DNA of 41,785 bases from an uncultured Erysipelotrichaceae bacterium (GTDB taxonomy: Bacteria > Bacillota_I > Bacilli_A > RFN20 > CAG-826): assembly GCA_946183085.1 (NCBI GenBank), contig CAMGZU010000004.1:1-41785 (forward strand). The letters are read 5' to 3'. Below the pieces are notes generated by a model. The model did no database searches. It saw nothing but the letters and a program-made list of their open reading frames with translations, and was not told the origin of the DNA. Every line of letters starts with the position of its first letter. Positions within the stretch are counted from its first letter, which is position 1. The position numbers and the translations under genes were made by a program. Below, piece after piece: positions 21,228 through 29,784 of this stretch.

Positions 21228-21696
21228 AATCTTCGAAGTAGTTTTTCGATATGTTCCAACCCAAGAAATAAAGGAGCGTTCCCAAATTGGCTATCACCAA
21301 GCCGATGATCGAGAGGACCGCATTATCCGGTCTGCGGAATATGGAGACAACCCCCGAGATTGTTTCGGCGAGGAAAACGATCAAAGAAACGAAGGCGAAG
21401 AGCCCAACGGCCTGCACCAACGCGGTCTTATGATTCGCATAAGAGAAGCCGGCGATGGCCGCGAGCATATCGAATAAGCCAATCGCGAAGAGGAAGATCA
21501 TCAAGAAGATGATTTCCGTCAAAGAGATGTTGAGGGTGTTGGCGTCCGGGGCTACCCAAAGAACAATCATCAGGGCCGATAACCCAAAAAAGCCAATGCC
21601 CGTAATGATCATGATCACCGAAGCGATCCGCATAAGGGAATAGCCAACACGAACTTTCTTCGGATAGAGGGATTCTTTTTCTTTTGCCTTTGCCAT
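21226..21696 (-). CDS. Hypothetical 4-TM membrane protein (start ATG 21696, MAKAKE)
   Basis: Four hydrophobic helices; ATG lies 2 nt after the stop of the upstream small ORF. Confidence 0.75.
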   Translation of the reverse strand: MAKAKEKESLYPKKVRVGYSLMRIASVIMIITGIGFFGLSALMIVLWVAPDANTLNISLTEIIFLMIFLFAIGLFDMLAAIAGFSYANHKTALVQAVGLFAFVSLIVFLAETISGVVSIFRRPDNAVLSIIGLVIANLGTLLYFLGWNISKNYFED

Positions 21697-21698
21697 AG

Positions 21699-21854
21699 TT
21701 AGAACACCTGTTCGATGATTGCCCAAACAACAAGGGCAAGCATGATGAAATCAAGCGCGAGAAGCACGAAGAAAATACGCCGTCTTGCAACTTTCTTCTC
21801 TTCGGGGAACATTTCGTCGTTCCGCAGGTTCTTTTCGCTCGTTTTCTCTGCCAT
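21699..21854 (-). CDS. Small single-TM protein, 51 aa (below ORF-track cutoff)
   Basis: MAEKTSEKNLRNDEMFPEEKKVARRRIFFVLLALDFIMLALVVWAIIEQVF*; fills the gap between asnS (1-nt spacer) and the next gene (2-nt spacer). Confidence 0.7.
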   Translation of the reverse strand: MAEKTSEKNLRNDEMFPEEKKVARRRIFFVLLALDFIMLALVVWAIIEQVF

Positions 21855-21855
21855 A

Positions 21856-23241
21856 TCAGTATTTCAAGTTGCTGGAAGTGCGCGGATAGGGTTCGGTGTC
21901 ACGGATGTTGGCGACGCCGGTGATGTACATAAGGAGGCGGTCGAAGCCGATGCCGAAACCAGAATGGACGCAGCCGCCCCATTTGCGGAGGTTGAGATAC
22001 CATTCAAGGCCTTCGGTGTTGCCGAGTTTATCCATCTTGGCCTTCAAAACATCGTAGTTGTCTTCGCGCTGAGAGCCACCGATGATCTCGCCTTCGCCCG
22101 GAACCAAGCAGTCCGCGGCGGCGACGGTCTTTCCATCGGCGTTTTCCTTCATGTAGAAGGCTTTGATCTCTTTCGGGTAGTCGGTTAAGAACATCGGGCC
22201 CTTAACGACTTCCTCGGTAAGGTAACGCTCGTGCTCGGATTGAAGGTCCATGCCCCATTCGATGTTCTTGTTTTCGAAGGGATGGCCTTTCTTCACCGCT
22301 TCCTTAAGGCGTTCGATGCCTTCGGTATAGGACATGCGGACAAAGGGTTTCGCCAAGACGGCTTCGAGCTTCTCGATGGTGCCTTTGGCGATGAACGTGT
22401 CAAAGAATTTCATTTCGTCCGGGCAGTTGGCGAGGATGTAACGGATGCAGAATTTGATGGAGTCTTCCATGACGTCCATGTCGTCGCTTAAATCCGCGAA
22501 GGCAATCTCTGGCTCGATCATCCAGAATTCAGAGGCGTGACGGGTCGTGTTCGACTTTTCGGCGCGGAAGGTCGGGCCAAAGGTATAGACCTTTCCAAAG
22601 GAAAGGGCGAACGGCTCAACGTGAAGCTGGCCAGAGACGGTCAAACTGACCTTACGGCCATAGAAGTCGTTGATCGGATCTTTCGCGTCGGTGATGACGG
22701 TGAAGGTCTGGCCAGCGCCTTCGGCGTCATTGCTGGTGATTTCCGGGGTGTGGACGTAGACGAAGCCGTTGGACTGGAAGTATTCATGAACCGCGAGGGC
22801 AAGCTTGCTGCGGACGCGATAAAGCGCGTTGAACGTGTTGGTGCGCGGACGCATCGGGGCGATTTCGCGGAGATATTCAAGAGACATCCTCTTCTTCTGA
22901 AGCGGATAGTCTTCCGCGACGTCGCCAAGAAGCTCGACTTCGCTCGCGTGGAGTTCGAAGGGCTGCTTCATTTCCGGCGTCAAAACGATCTCGCCGCGAA
23001 CCGCAACGCAGGCGCCGGTCAAAATGTGGCCGACTTCCGCGAAATTGGCGAGTTTTTCATCATAAACAACTTGAATCGACTTAAAACACGAACCGTCATT
23101 CACTTCCAAAAAGCCGATGGCTTTGGAGGAACGGTTGGTGCGAACCCAGCCTTTTAAGAGGCACGGATTCTTTTTGGTAAGGTCTTCATTGGCCTTAAGG
23201 CTCTCAAAGAGAGACTGGATGGTTGTAGCTTTTTCTTGCAT
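21856..23241 (-). CDS. asnS: Asparagine-tRNA ligase (start probably ATG 23241)
   Basis: GWVRTNR OB fold, YPLQKK, VSGQLH, GPTFRAEKSNTTRHASEFWMIEPE, GEIIGGSQRE, HSGFGIGFDR. Confidence 0.97.
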   Translation of the reverse strand: MQEKATTIQSLFESLKANEDLTKKNPCLLKGWVRTNRSSKAIGFLEVNDGSCFKSIQVVYDEKLANFAEVGHILTGACVAVRGEIVLTPEMKQPFELHASEVELLGDVAEDYPLQKKRMSLEYLREIAPMRPRTNTFNALYRVRSKLALAVHEYFQSNGFVYVHTPEITSNDAEGAGQTFTVITDAKDPINDFYGRKVSLTVSGQLHVEPFALSFGKVYTFGPTFRAEKSNTTRHASEFWMIEPEIAFADLSDDMDVMEDSIKFCIRYILANCPDEMKFFDTFIAKGTIEKLEAVLAKPFVRMSYTEGIERLKEAVKKGHPFENKNIEWGMDLQSEHERYLTEEVVKGPMFLTDYPKEIKAFYMKENADGKTVAAADCLVPGEGEIIGGSQREDNYDVLKAKMDKLGNTEGLEWYLNLRKWGGCVHSGFGIGFDRLLMYITGVANIRDTEPYPRTSSNLKY

Positions 23242-23340
23242 AGCCCAATAAGTATAGGCGTGATTTCGTCTCTTTCCTAGCAAGGGAAGAATAAAAAATA
23301 TTCTTCAGGCAAAAAGAAAGTCCGGTTTCCCGGGCGAATC

Positions 23341-24357
23341 TCATTCGAATTTGTCCCACTCGTCCAAGCGCCAGTTGGGATCGACGCCTAAGGTCAATGG
23401 GGCGAAAACCTTGCGCACGTAGAGCTTCTCCGCGACTTTGGCGATCATCGCCGCGTTGTCGGTCGTGCACCAAAGAGGCGGGATGATGAGCTCGATGGAC
23501 GTCCCCTTCACCTTCTTCTGCATCTGATCGCGGAGATAGGAGTTCGCGGAGACGCCGCCCGCCAGAACAATCTGCTTCACGCCATAGTTTTTGGCGGCGC
23601 GCATCGCGCGGTCGGTGATCATGCCGACGGCGACCCGCTGGAAGGAGCAAGCCATGTCATCGATGTTGACCACCTCACCCTTCATCTTCATGGTGTTGAC
23701 CATGTTGATGACCTGGGTTTTGATGCCCGAATAGGAGAAGTTATAGGTATCGTGCGGCATCTTCGGACGATGGATGGGATAAACCGGTTGGCCAAGCTTG
23801 GCGTGTTGGTCGATGGGGAGGCCGCCCGGATAAGGCAAGCCGAGGACGCGTGCCACCTTGTCGTAGCATTCGCCCACCGCATCGTCCAATGTCTCGCCGA
23901 TGATCTCGAAATCGAGTTCGCCCTTCATGATGACGAGTTCGGTGTTGCCGCCGCTTACGACGACGCAAAGCATCGGGTATTTGAATTCACCTACGTATTG
24001 GTTTGCGTAAATATGGCCCGCCAAATGGTGCACTGGGATCAATGGCTTCTTATAAAGCATCGCGAGGGTCTTCGCGGCCTGTAAGCCAACGTGGAGACAG
24101 CCGATGAGGCCAGGGCCGCGGGTCACGGCAAAAGCATCGATGTCTTCGAGTTTGCACTTCGCCTGACGCAAGGCCTCGGTCAGGCAAACGGTGATGTTTT
24201 CGGCATGGAGGCGCGAGGCGATCTCCGGCATGACGCCGCCATATTTCTCGTGAACCGAGATCTGCGTGGCGACGACATTGGCCAAAAGCTTTCCATCTTC
24301 GGTGATGGCGACTGCGGTTTCGTCGCAGCTGGATTCAATTGCTAAGATTCTAGTCAT
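23341..24357 (-). CDS. tsaD: tRNA t6A threonylcarbamoyltransferase
   Basis: IESSCDETA, GGVMPEIASRLH, HHLAGH, VSGGNT, DDAVGECYDK, CTTDNAAMIA. Confidence 0.96.
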   Translation of the reverse strand: MTRILAIESSCDETAVAITEDGKLLANVVATQISVHEKYGGVMPEIASRLHAENITVCLTEALRQAKCKLEDIDAFAVTRGPGLIGCLHVGLQAAKTLAMLYKKPLIPVHHLAGHIYANQYVGEFKYPMLCVVVSGGNTELVIMKGELDFEIIGETLDDAVGECYDKVARVLGLPYPGGLPIDQHAKLGQPVYPIHRPKMPHDTYNFSYSGIKTQVINMVNTMKMKGEVVNIDDMACSFQRVAVGMITDRAMRAAKNYGVKQIVLAGGVSANSYLRDQMQKKVKGTSIELIIPPLWCTTDNAAMIAKVAEKLYVRKVFAPLTLGVDPNWRLDEWDKFE

Positions 24358-25408
24358 TGACGATGCTCCTCACCAGGTAGATGGCATCCTCGCCATCGTT
24401 GTAATACGCCTTCTTTTCCTGAATGGTTTCAAAGGCGTGTTTTTTGTAAAAACGCTGCGCATTCGTGTTGGATTTGCGGACTTCTAGAGTCAAAAAGGAC
24501 ACTTCGTCCGGTTGGGATTTCAAGAACTCGACGAGCTTGCCCATGAGCCTGGTTCCGACGCCTTTCTTGCGGAAGGATTCCTTGACGGCGATCTGGTTGA
24601 TCGTCGAGGAATCAAAGGTCACCATGAAGTCGACGAAGCCGACGACAAGGGAATCCACCGTGGCGACCAAAATGTGCCCAAAGGGATTCTCGTGAAGCTC
24701 GTAATGGAACTGCTCTTCGGTATAGGAATCGTTTGGGAAGCACTCCTTCTCGATGTCCATGACCTGAGACATATCCGCGGAAATCATCTCGCGAACGATG
24801 ATCTTCATCGTGGAGGAACCGGAGGAATCTTTGAGGTAAACGGGCTTTGCGCCAAGCGGCTCAGCCAAGTTGCGTTCCACGTTGGCCTTCGAAAGATTCG
24901 TAAGCACGTCGATGCTCTTTCCTTCTAGGCCTAAGTAGCCCAAGTCACCGGAAAGAACGTAATCCGGATGCTCCGCGATGTATTCCAGCAGAGCGGGATT
25001 ATCCATGATGCCATCTTCGCGGATGGTCGTTTCGCCTTGATAGACGCCGACATAGCTCCGTTTGCTCCTCGCATTGGAGATGCAGATGGTAGGCCGATCT
25101 TCGTCTTTCATGACCTCAAGTGAAGAGACCAAATAAAGCGGCACGTTCAACGCGAAAACAACGGTTTTGGCGATCGTTAACGCGATGCGGACGCCTGTAT
25201 AAGAACCCGGTCCTTTGGTAACCGCGACAAAGCCGATGTCTTCTTTGGAGATGTTGTTCTTTTCTAAGATCTTCGCGATTTCGTCGACCATCAGCTCCGA
25301 CTGGCGCTGATTGGCGGAATATTGGATCTCGTCAAGGAGTTTGCCATCTTGGCTAATGCCAACGGCCAAGGCGGAATTGGAGGAATCCAGCAATAAGCCA
25401 AACATCAT
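24350..25408 (-). CDS. tsaB: Fused TsaB / RimI-type N-acetyltransferase
   Basis: N-terminal GPGSYTGVRIA and NARS (TsaB); SSGSS linker; C-terminal GNAT with FRKKGVG and LEVRKSNTNAQRFY...YYNDGEDA. Confidence 0.9.
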   Translation of the reverse strand: MMFGLLLDSSNSALAVGISQDGKLLDEIQYSANQRQSELMVDEIAKILEKNNISKEDIGFVAVTKGPGSYTGVRIALTIAKTVVFALNVPLYLVSSLEVMKDEDRPTICISNARSKRSYVGVYQGETTIREDGIMDNPALLEYIAEHPDYVLSGDLGYLGLEGKSIDVLTNLSKANVERNLAEPLGAKPVYLKDSSGSSTMKIIVREMISADMSQVMDIEKECFPNDSYTEEQFHYELHENPFGHILVATVDSLVVGFVDFMVTFDSSTINQIAVKESFRKKGVGTRLMGKLVEFLKSQPDEVSFLTLEVRKSNTNAQRFYKKHAFETIQEKKAYYNDGEDAIYLVRSIVND

Positions 25409-25866
25409 TTTGCCTCCTTTAGTTTTGCGATGAGGGCGTCAAAACGATCCCCATGCGCCTCGAAAGCGAGGCGGCGCTTATCCCCGCCCAAGTTGTTGAT
25501 GGTGATCTCAAGATAATCATCGGGAATGAGCTTTTCGATATACATCGGCCATTCGATCAAGCAGACGCCATCGCCTTCGATGTATTCGTCCAAACCGATC
25601 TCGATGTTTTGGTTTTCCAAGCGATAAGCGTCGATGTGATAAAGCGGGATCCTGCCTTTGAAATAGCACTTCATGATGTTGAAGGTCGGCGAAATGACTT
25701 TCTCGTCGATCGAGAGCCCTTCGGCCACGCCGCCGGTGAAGGTGGTTTTGCCCGCGCCAAGGTCACCCTTCAAAAGGACGACGTCGCCGCGCTCAAACAA
25801 GGGAGCAAGGCGCTTGCCGAGTTCCTTGGTTTCTTCTTTGCGTTCTGTAATGACTTCGTATTCCAT
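25405..25866 (-). CDS. tsaE: t6A biosynthesis ATPase
   Basis: GDLGAGKTT, SPTFNI, HIDAYRL, LIEWP. Confidence 0.96.
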   Translation of the reverse strand: MEYEVITERKEETKELGKRLAPLFERGDVVLLKGDLGAGKTTFTGGVAEGLSIDEKVISPTFNIMKCYFKGRIPLYHIDAYRLENQNIEIGLDEYIEGDGVCLIEWPMYIEKLIPDDYLEITINNLGGDKRRLAFEAHGDRFDALIAKLKEAK

Positions 25867-25941
25867 AGCCTTTAAGCGTGCCGATTATACCACCCTTAGG
25901 GTGAGGGAAAACAAAAAGCGCGAATGCGCTTCTTATTTTTC

Positions 25942-26487
25942 TTAGATTTGGGGCCGATTCCGATCTAAGAAAGTTTGGAAGAGGCGTTCGATCTCCGCGT
26001 TTTGGAAAGGGAAGGCGCGTTGATCGATCAGGCGCAGGACCTCATCTTTCGTTTTCTCGATCTTCTTGCGGAGCTCTGGGGAATAGCCATAGTGCTCCGC
26101 GTTATGGGCGAACTCCCTCTCGTCTAAGGTCTTCTCGACCATGTCGGGATAAAGCTTCACGTCCAAATCGTAATCGATGTATTTGAGGTAGCCTTGGTCA
26201 TCGATGGTCGGCGTCGCGATGTTGACGTAGTAGCAGATGCCGCCACTTTCTTTGAACATTGCGATGACATTCATCCACTTCTTCTTGAAAAGCAGGAAGA
26301 TGGCGGGCTCTTTGGTCATCCATCTGCGGCCATCGCTTTCGACGACGGCGGACATCCTCGAAGCAAGCGCCCAATACTCGTCGGTCTCTTCCACGAGGAA
26401 AGCCGGCGACCATTTGCGGTGCAGTTTGCCATCATGCTTGTACGCCTGGACCTGGCGCCAGTCTTTGAAACGATGATCGGTGTTCAT
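25942..26487 (-). CDS. DUF402 family protein (YgaC/Ntdp-like nucleoside phosphatase)
   Basis: YKHDGKLHRKW, ESDGRRW.TKEPAI, YYVNIATP, YIDYDLDVK. Confidence 0.88.
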   Translation of the reverse strand: MNTDHRFKDWRQVQAYKHDGKLHRKWSPAFLVEETDEYWALASRMSAVVESDGRRWMTKEPAIFLLFKKKWMNVIAMFKESGGICYYVNIATPTIDDQGYLKYIDYDLDVKLYPDMVEKTLDEREFAHNAEHYGYSPELRKKIEKTKDEVLRLIDQRAFPFQNAEIERLFQTFLDRNRPQI

Positions 26488-26561
26488 AAATACGTGCGGA
26501 GAAGGCTAAGCCTTCCTTTCTTCGCACCAATTGTAATGCACCAAGGGCAATTTGGGCATAG

Positions 26562-26586
26562 AAAAAAGGGGAACGCGTCCCCTTTT
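26562..26586 (-). terminator. Intrinsic terminator
   Basis: AAAAGGGGA-ACGCG-TCCCCTTTT; U-run on the minus strand. Confidence 0.75.
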
Positions 26587-26590
26587 GTGC

Positions 26591-27868
26591 TCATTTGTTG
26601 AAGAGCGTCGCGAGGTCTAAGACCTGATGGATGTTCGCCTTGAAGGTCTTGGTCGGGCCCGGATTGAACGGTTTTTCCATCGGAATGACCATCAAGGAAT
26701 CTTCATACCCCATCAAGAAGTGCGTGCGGCCTTCCTGGATGGAGATGGCGAGGTCGACCAAGACTTTGTCGGTCTCGATCTGTTTGAAGGCCTCCTTCAT
26801 CTCGTGGGTGATGTAGGAGCGTTCGCTTTCATCGCCCCAGATGGTGAAGCGCTTGTTGTCTTCGATGATGTGGATGTCGCCAAGAGCGGTCGGCGGAAGC
26901 GCGCGTTTGTTGCCCTTGAAGTAGACATAGATGCCACTGCCCTTATACGTGTTGGGCGTGCGGAGGTCTTTGCCGACGAAGGCGGTCTCTAAGGCCTTGG
27001 CGCCACGGACCTGGGCGGCGCAGTCAATGAGGGCGCAGTCCATGCCTTGGTAATTGAAGTTCACGCTGTAGCGGGAACCGATCTTGTAGACGTCTTTGTA
27101 AAGCTTATTGGCTTTGAATTCCTCTTCGGTGAGCTTCATCTTGAGGTCGCCATGGAAGCCGGTGACTTCGTCGTGATCGAAGACGTAGGCATAGACCTTG
27201 TCATAGAAGAAGTTGAAGTAATTGCGGATCCATTCCTCGCTCTTTTTGCGGAAGAGGATGGAATAGGTGAGAAGAGCGACGATCGCGACGCCCGAGCAGC
27301 CGAGGGCGATGGCGAGGGTATAGTTCTTCAAGGCCTCGACCAAGGTCGGGACGAGCCAACCGGCGAGCAACAAGATTAGCGCAGCGCCGCTGACGGCACC
27401 TTTGATCGTGTTGTGCTTGCGGTAGGTCTTCAAGAAGGTCTGACGGTGATCGTCGACTTCTTTCAAACCATCGGTCTCGTATTCGTAAGAAGCGGGCTCC
27501 GGCTCGGGTTCGGGCTCAGGTTCGGGTTCCGGCTCCGGCTCGGGTTCGGGCTCCGGCTCTGGCTGAACGGGCGAGACAAAGGGGGTTGCGTCGGCAAAGT
27601 CGTCATCGACTTCTTCGACGGGCTTGGCCTCTTCTTTGGGCTCGACGACCTCGAGTTTTTCCTCTTTGGGTTCTTCTTTGACTTCGAGGACCTCGACCTT
27701 TTCTTCCGGGGCGACCTCTTTTTGTTTCGCTGGCGCCTTCTTGGCGGCGGGCTTTTTGGCCGCGACTTTCTTGGCGGCGGGTTTCTTCGCGGCGGTTTCT
27801 TTCTTTTCCGCGGCGGGTTTCTTCGCGGTCTTCTTCGTTTCGGCCGCGGCGAGTTTCTTAGCTGGCAT
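26591..27868 (-). CDS. Membrane protein with Lys/Ala-rich N-terminus, acidic Pro-Glu linker, 2 TM helices and C-terminal globular domain
   Basis: Strong SD GGAGGT; composition as in translation; no family recognised. Confidence 0.8.
   Translation of the reverse strand: MPAKKLAAAETKKTAKKPAAEKKETAAKKPAAKKVAAKKPAAKKAPAKQKEVAPEEKVEVLEVKEEPKEEKLEVVEPKEEAKPVEEVDDDFADATPFVSPVQPEPEPEPEPEPEPEPEPEPEPEPASYEYETDGLKEVDDHRQTFLKTYRKHNTIKGAVSGAALILLLAGWLVPTLVEALKNYTLAIALGCSGVAIVALLTYSILFRKKSEEWIRNYFNFFYDKVYAYVFDHDEVTGFHGDLKMKLTEEEFKANKLYKDVYKIGSRYSVNFNYQGMDCALIDCAAQVRGAKALETAFVGKDLRTPNTYKGSGIYVYFKGNKRALPPTALGDIHIIEDNKRFTIWGDESERSYITHEMKEAFKQIETDKVLVDLAISIQEGRTHFLMGYEDSLMVIPMEKPFNPGPTKTFKANIHQVLDLATLFNK
27494..27562 (-). 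repeat. In-frame (Pro-Glu)11-Pro repeat
   Basis: Hexamer repeat CCN-GAR with varied third positions. Confidence 0.9.
27733..27865 (-). repeat. Histone H1-like AAKKP/AAKKV peptide repeats
   Basis: AKKPAAEKKETAAKKPAAKKVAAKKPAAKKAPAK. Confidence 0.85.
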
Positions 27869-27918
27869 GGTCTACCTCCATGTGTTCAATGAAATATAAC
27901 ACCTTTACAGGTGTAGAC

Positions 27919-27958
27919 AAACAAAAAGAGCGCTTCCCAGGGTTTGGGTTGCGCTCTT
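27919..27958 (-). terminator. Intrinsic terminator after thiT
   Basis: Minus strand AAGAGCGC-AA-CCCA-AACCC-TGGG-AA-GCGCTCTT then TTTGTTT. Confidence 0.75.
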
Positions 27959-27968
27959 AAGGACTCTT

Positions 27969-28970
27969 TTAACGACCTTGGGCAGGGAAACGGGCGTTGA
28001 TGTTCGCCAAGGGGCCATAGGCCGCCATGATGACGGCGAGAGCAATCGCGCCGGACACCGGGATGTAAATGGCGTTATAGGTAAGCGCCCCGACAAAGTC
28101 GACGCCATAGACGATCATCGAGGAAGCGGTCGAACCGATGAAGCGGATGAGCGTGGCGAGGATGCCGCCGACAAGAAGGAAGACCTCGCCTTTGAGGTTA
28201 TAGCTCTTCTGCCCCTCGCCAAAGATGAAGGAACGAAGGAAGCCAAGGACCATGACCGAGCCAAAGCCAATCAAGTAATCGAAGGGGTACGTGGCAAAGC
28301 CATAGCCATCCGTAAGGCAGGTGATGAGGCCATAGACAAGGCCGCCGCAGATAAGGCCATGCGCCGGTCCGCGGCGAAGCGCGATCAAGAAAAGCGGGAG
28401 CATCTGGAAGTTGATCGAGCCACCGCCAGTCGCAATCGGCAGCTTGATGAAGTTCAAGACGAAGGCCGCGGCGATCAAAACGCCATCTTCGGCCAAGTCA
28501 CGGACGGTGAACGGCTTTTTGGAGACGCTCGCCGAAATGGCAAAGGCGAAGCCAAAGGCCACGAAGACCATCGACAAGGCGTCGGCCCAACCGACTTTGA
28601 CGCTCTTGAAGCCATCGTTATAAGAGAAGAACTCCCTCGCAAGGACAAGCATCGTGAGCGCCAAAAGGAAAAGCATGGCGGACGCGACGTCGAAATTCTC
28701 GTTGATCTTGTGGAGCGCAGCGCACGCAATGGCGGCAACAAGCAAGCCAAGCGTGATGTACATGCTCCAGTTGTAGGCGTATCCGCTGCCGAAATAATCC
28801 CAAAGATGGATCTCCAATTTGGTACCGTCTTCGAGCTTGGCGGTGACGATCGTGCCAAGCAAAGCAAGGATGGCGATCACGCCGCATCCCGCGGCGATCG
28901 CCCAGCTGAATTGTTTTAAGAAACCGATAAATTGACCCTCAGGTTTCTTGGTTTGGGTTTCGTTGTCCAT
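27969..28970 (-). CDS. thiT: ECF thiamine transporter S-component ThiT with an extra N-terminal ~150-aa membrane domain
   Basis: C-terminal half: GGSINFQMLPLFLIALRRG, FDYLIGF, YNAIY; TPP riboswitch upstream. Confidence 0.85.
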   Translation of the reverse strand: MDNETQTKKPEGQFIGFLKQFSWAIAAGCGVIAILALLGTIVTAKLEDGTKLEIHLWDYFGSGYAYNWSMYITLGLLVAAIACAALHKINENFDVASAMLFLLALTMLVLAREFFSYNDGFKSVKVGWADALSMVFVAFGFAFAISASVSKKPFTVRDLAEDGVLIAAAFVLNFIKLPIATGGGSINFQMLPLFLIALRRGPAHGLICGGLVYGLITCLTDGYGFATYPFDYLIGFGSVMVLGFLRSFIFGEGQKSYNLKGEVFLLVGGILATLIRFIGSTASSMIVYGVDFVGALTYNAIYIPVSGAIALAVIMAAYGPLANINARFPAQGR

Positions 28971-28974
28971 AAAA

Positions 28975-29106
28975 ATACCTCCAAGGACTACGCACCCGGA
29001 GGAAAACAGTTGGTTTTTCTACCTCCGCCAGCATTATCTGGATCAGGTGTGCCGTCGAGCTGGAACACAGCTCCTCTCAGCCGACTGTTGGTCAGCTCCG
29101 GATGTC
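28975..29106 (-). ncRNA. TPP riboswitch (aptamer ~29020-29106) with SD-sequestering expression platform
   Basis: Minus strand CCGGAGC...GCTGAGAG...CGGCACACCTGATCCAGATAATGCTGGCGGAGG matches the TPP core (UGAGA; ACCUGAUC..AUAAUGC..GCG.AGG). Downstream CCTCCG can pair either with aptamer CGGAGG or with the thiT SD TGGAGG. Confidence 0.92.
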
Positions 29107-29110
29107 ATCA

Positions 29111-29138
29111 ATTGTAGGATGTTAAATCCGCCAGTCAA
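29111..29138 (-). promoter_or_regulatory. Sigma-A promoter for riboswitch-thiT overlapping the end of ung
   Basis: TTGACT (29138-29133), 16-nt spacer, TACAAT (29116-29111); predicted start coincides with aptamer 5' end. Confidence 0.7.
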
Positions 29139-29784
29139 TCGCTTTTAAGCCTTGTCCGACGAGGATGGCGTTGCAGCGCGAAAAGAGATGCTCGCCAAAC
29201 CAACCACCGCGGTTGGCGGACAAAGGAGAAGGGTGCACCGCCTTCAAAACGCGGTGCTTCGGATTCTTCACAAAAGGAATGAATTTCTTCGCAAAACCGC
29301 CCCAAAGCATAAAAACAATGGGTTGATCCAAGGTGTCGAGATAGCGCATTACGTCGGCGATGAATAGGTCATATTCTTCCCGCTTATGAGAGAGGGGCGA
29401 ATGGGCTCTGACGGTCAAATAGGCGTTAAGCAACAAGACGCCTTGTTTGGCCCAAGGAGTCAAATCGCCGTTTTGAAAATCCATCTTGATGCCGAGGTCG
29501 CCTTCCAACTCTTTGTAGATGTTTTGGAGGGACGGCGGGAGCGGGGTTCCTTTGGGAACGGAAAAAGAAAGCCCCATCGCTTGGCCAGGCTCGTGGTAAG
29601 GGTCCTGGCCAATGATGACGACCTTCAAATCTTTGGGATCGGTGAGCTTAAAAGCGTTATAAACGAGGTCACGCGGCGGATAGATCGTCTGCGAAGCGTA
29701 TTCATGGTCAAGGAAAGAATGAAGCGTAGCCGAATAAGGCTCGCTCTTCACTTGATCAAAAAGCGGCTTCCAATTCGCGATCAT
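29122..29784 (-). CDS. ung: Uracil-DNA glycosylase family 1 (start ATG 29784, MIANW)
   Basis: GQDPYH, PPSLQNIYKEL, GVLLLN, HPSPLS; ATGA overlap with the upstream stop. Confidence 0.96.
   Translation of the reverse strand: MIANWKPLFDQVKSEPYSATLHSFLDHEYASQTIYPPRDLVYNAFKLTDPKDLKVVIIGQDPYHEPGQAMGLSFSVPKGTPLPPSLQNIYKELEGDLGIKMDFQNGDLTPWAKQGVLLLNAYLTVRAHSPLSHKREEYDLFIADVMRYLDTLDQPIVFMLWGGFAKKFIPFVKNPKHRVLKAVHPSPLSANRGGWFGEHLFSRCNAILVGQGLKAIDWRI

Noticed and set aside
26488-26535. Hairpin in the DUF402 leader as a regulatory RNA
   Set aside because: The TACAAT -10 box lies only 2 nt from the outer stem, so only a 6-bp hairpin would be transcribed; no known motif.
27494-27562. Tandem hexamer repeat as CRISPR or contingency locus
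   Set aside because: In-frame Pro-Glu coding repeat with varied third positions; no spacers, no cas genes.
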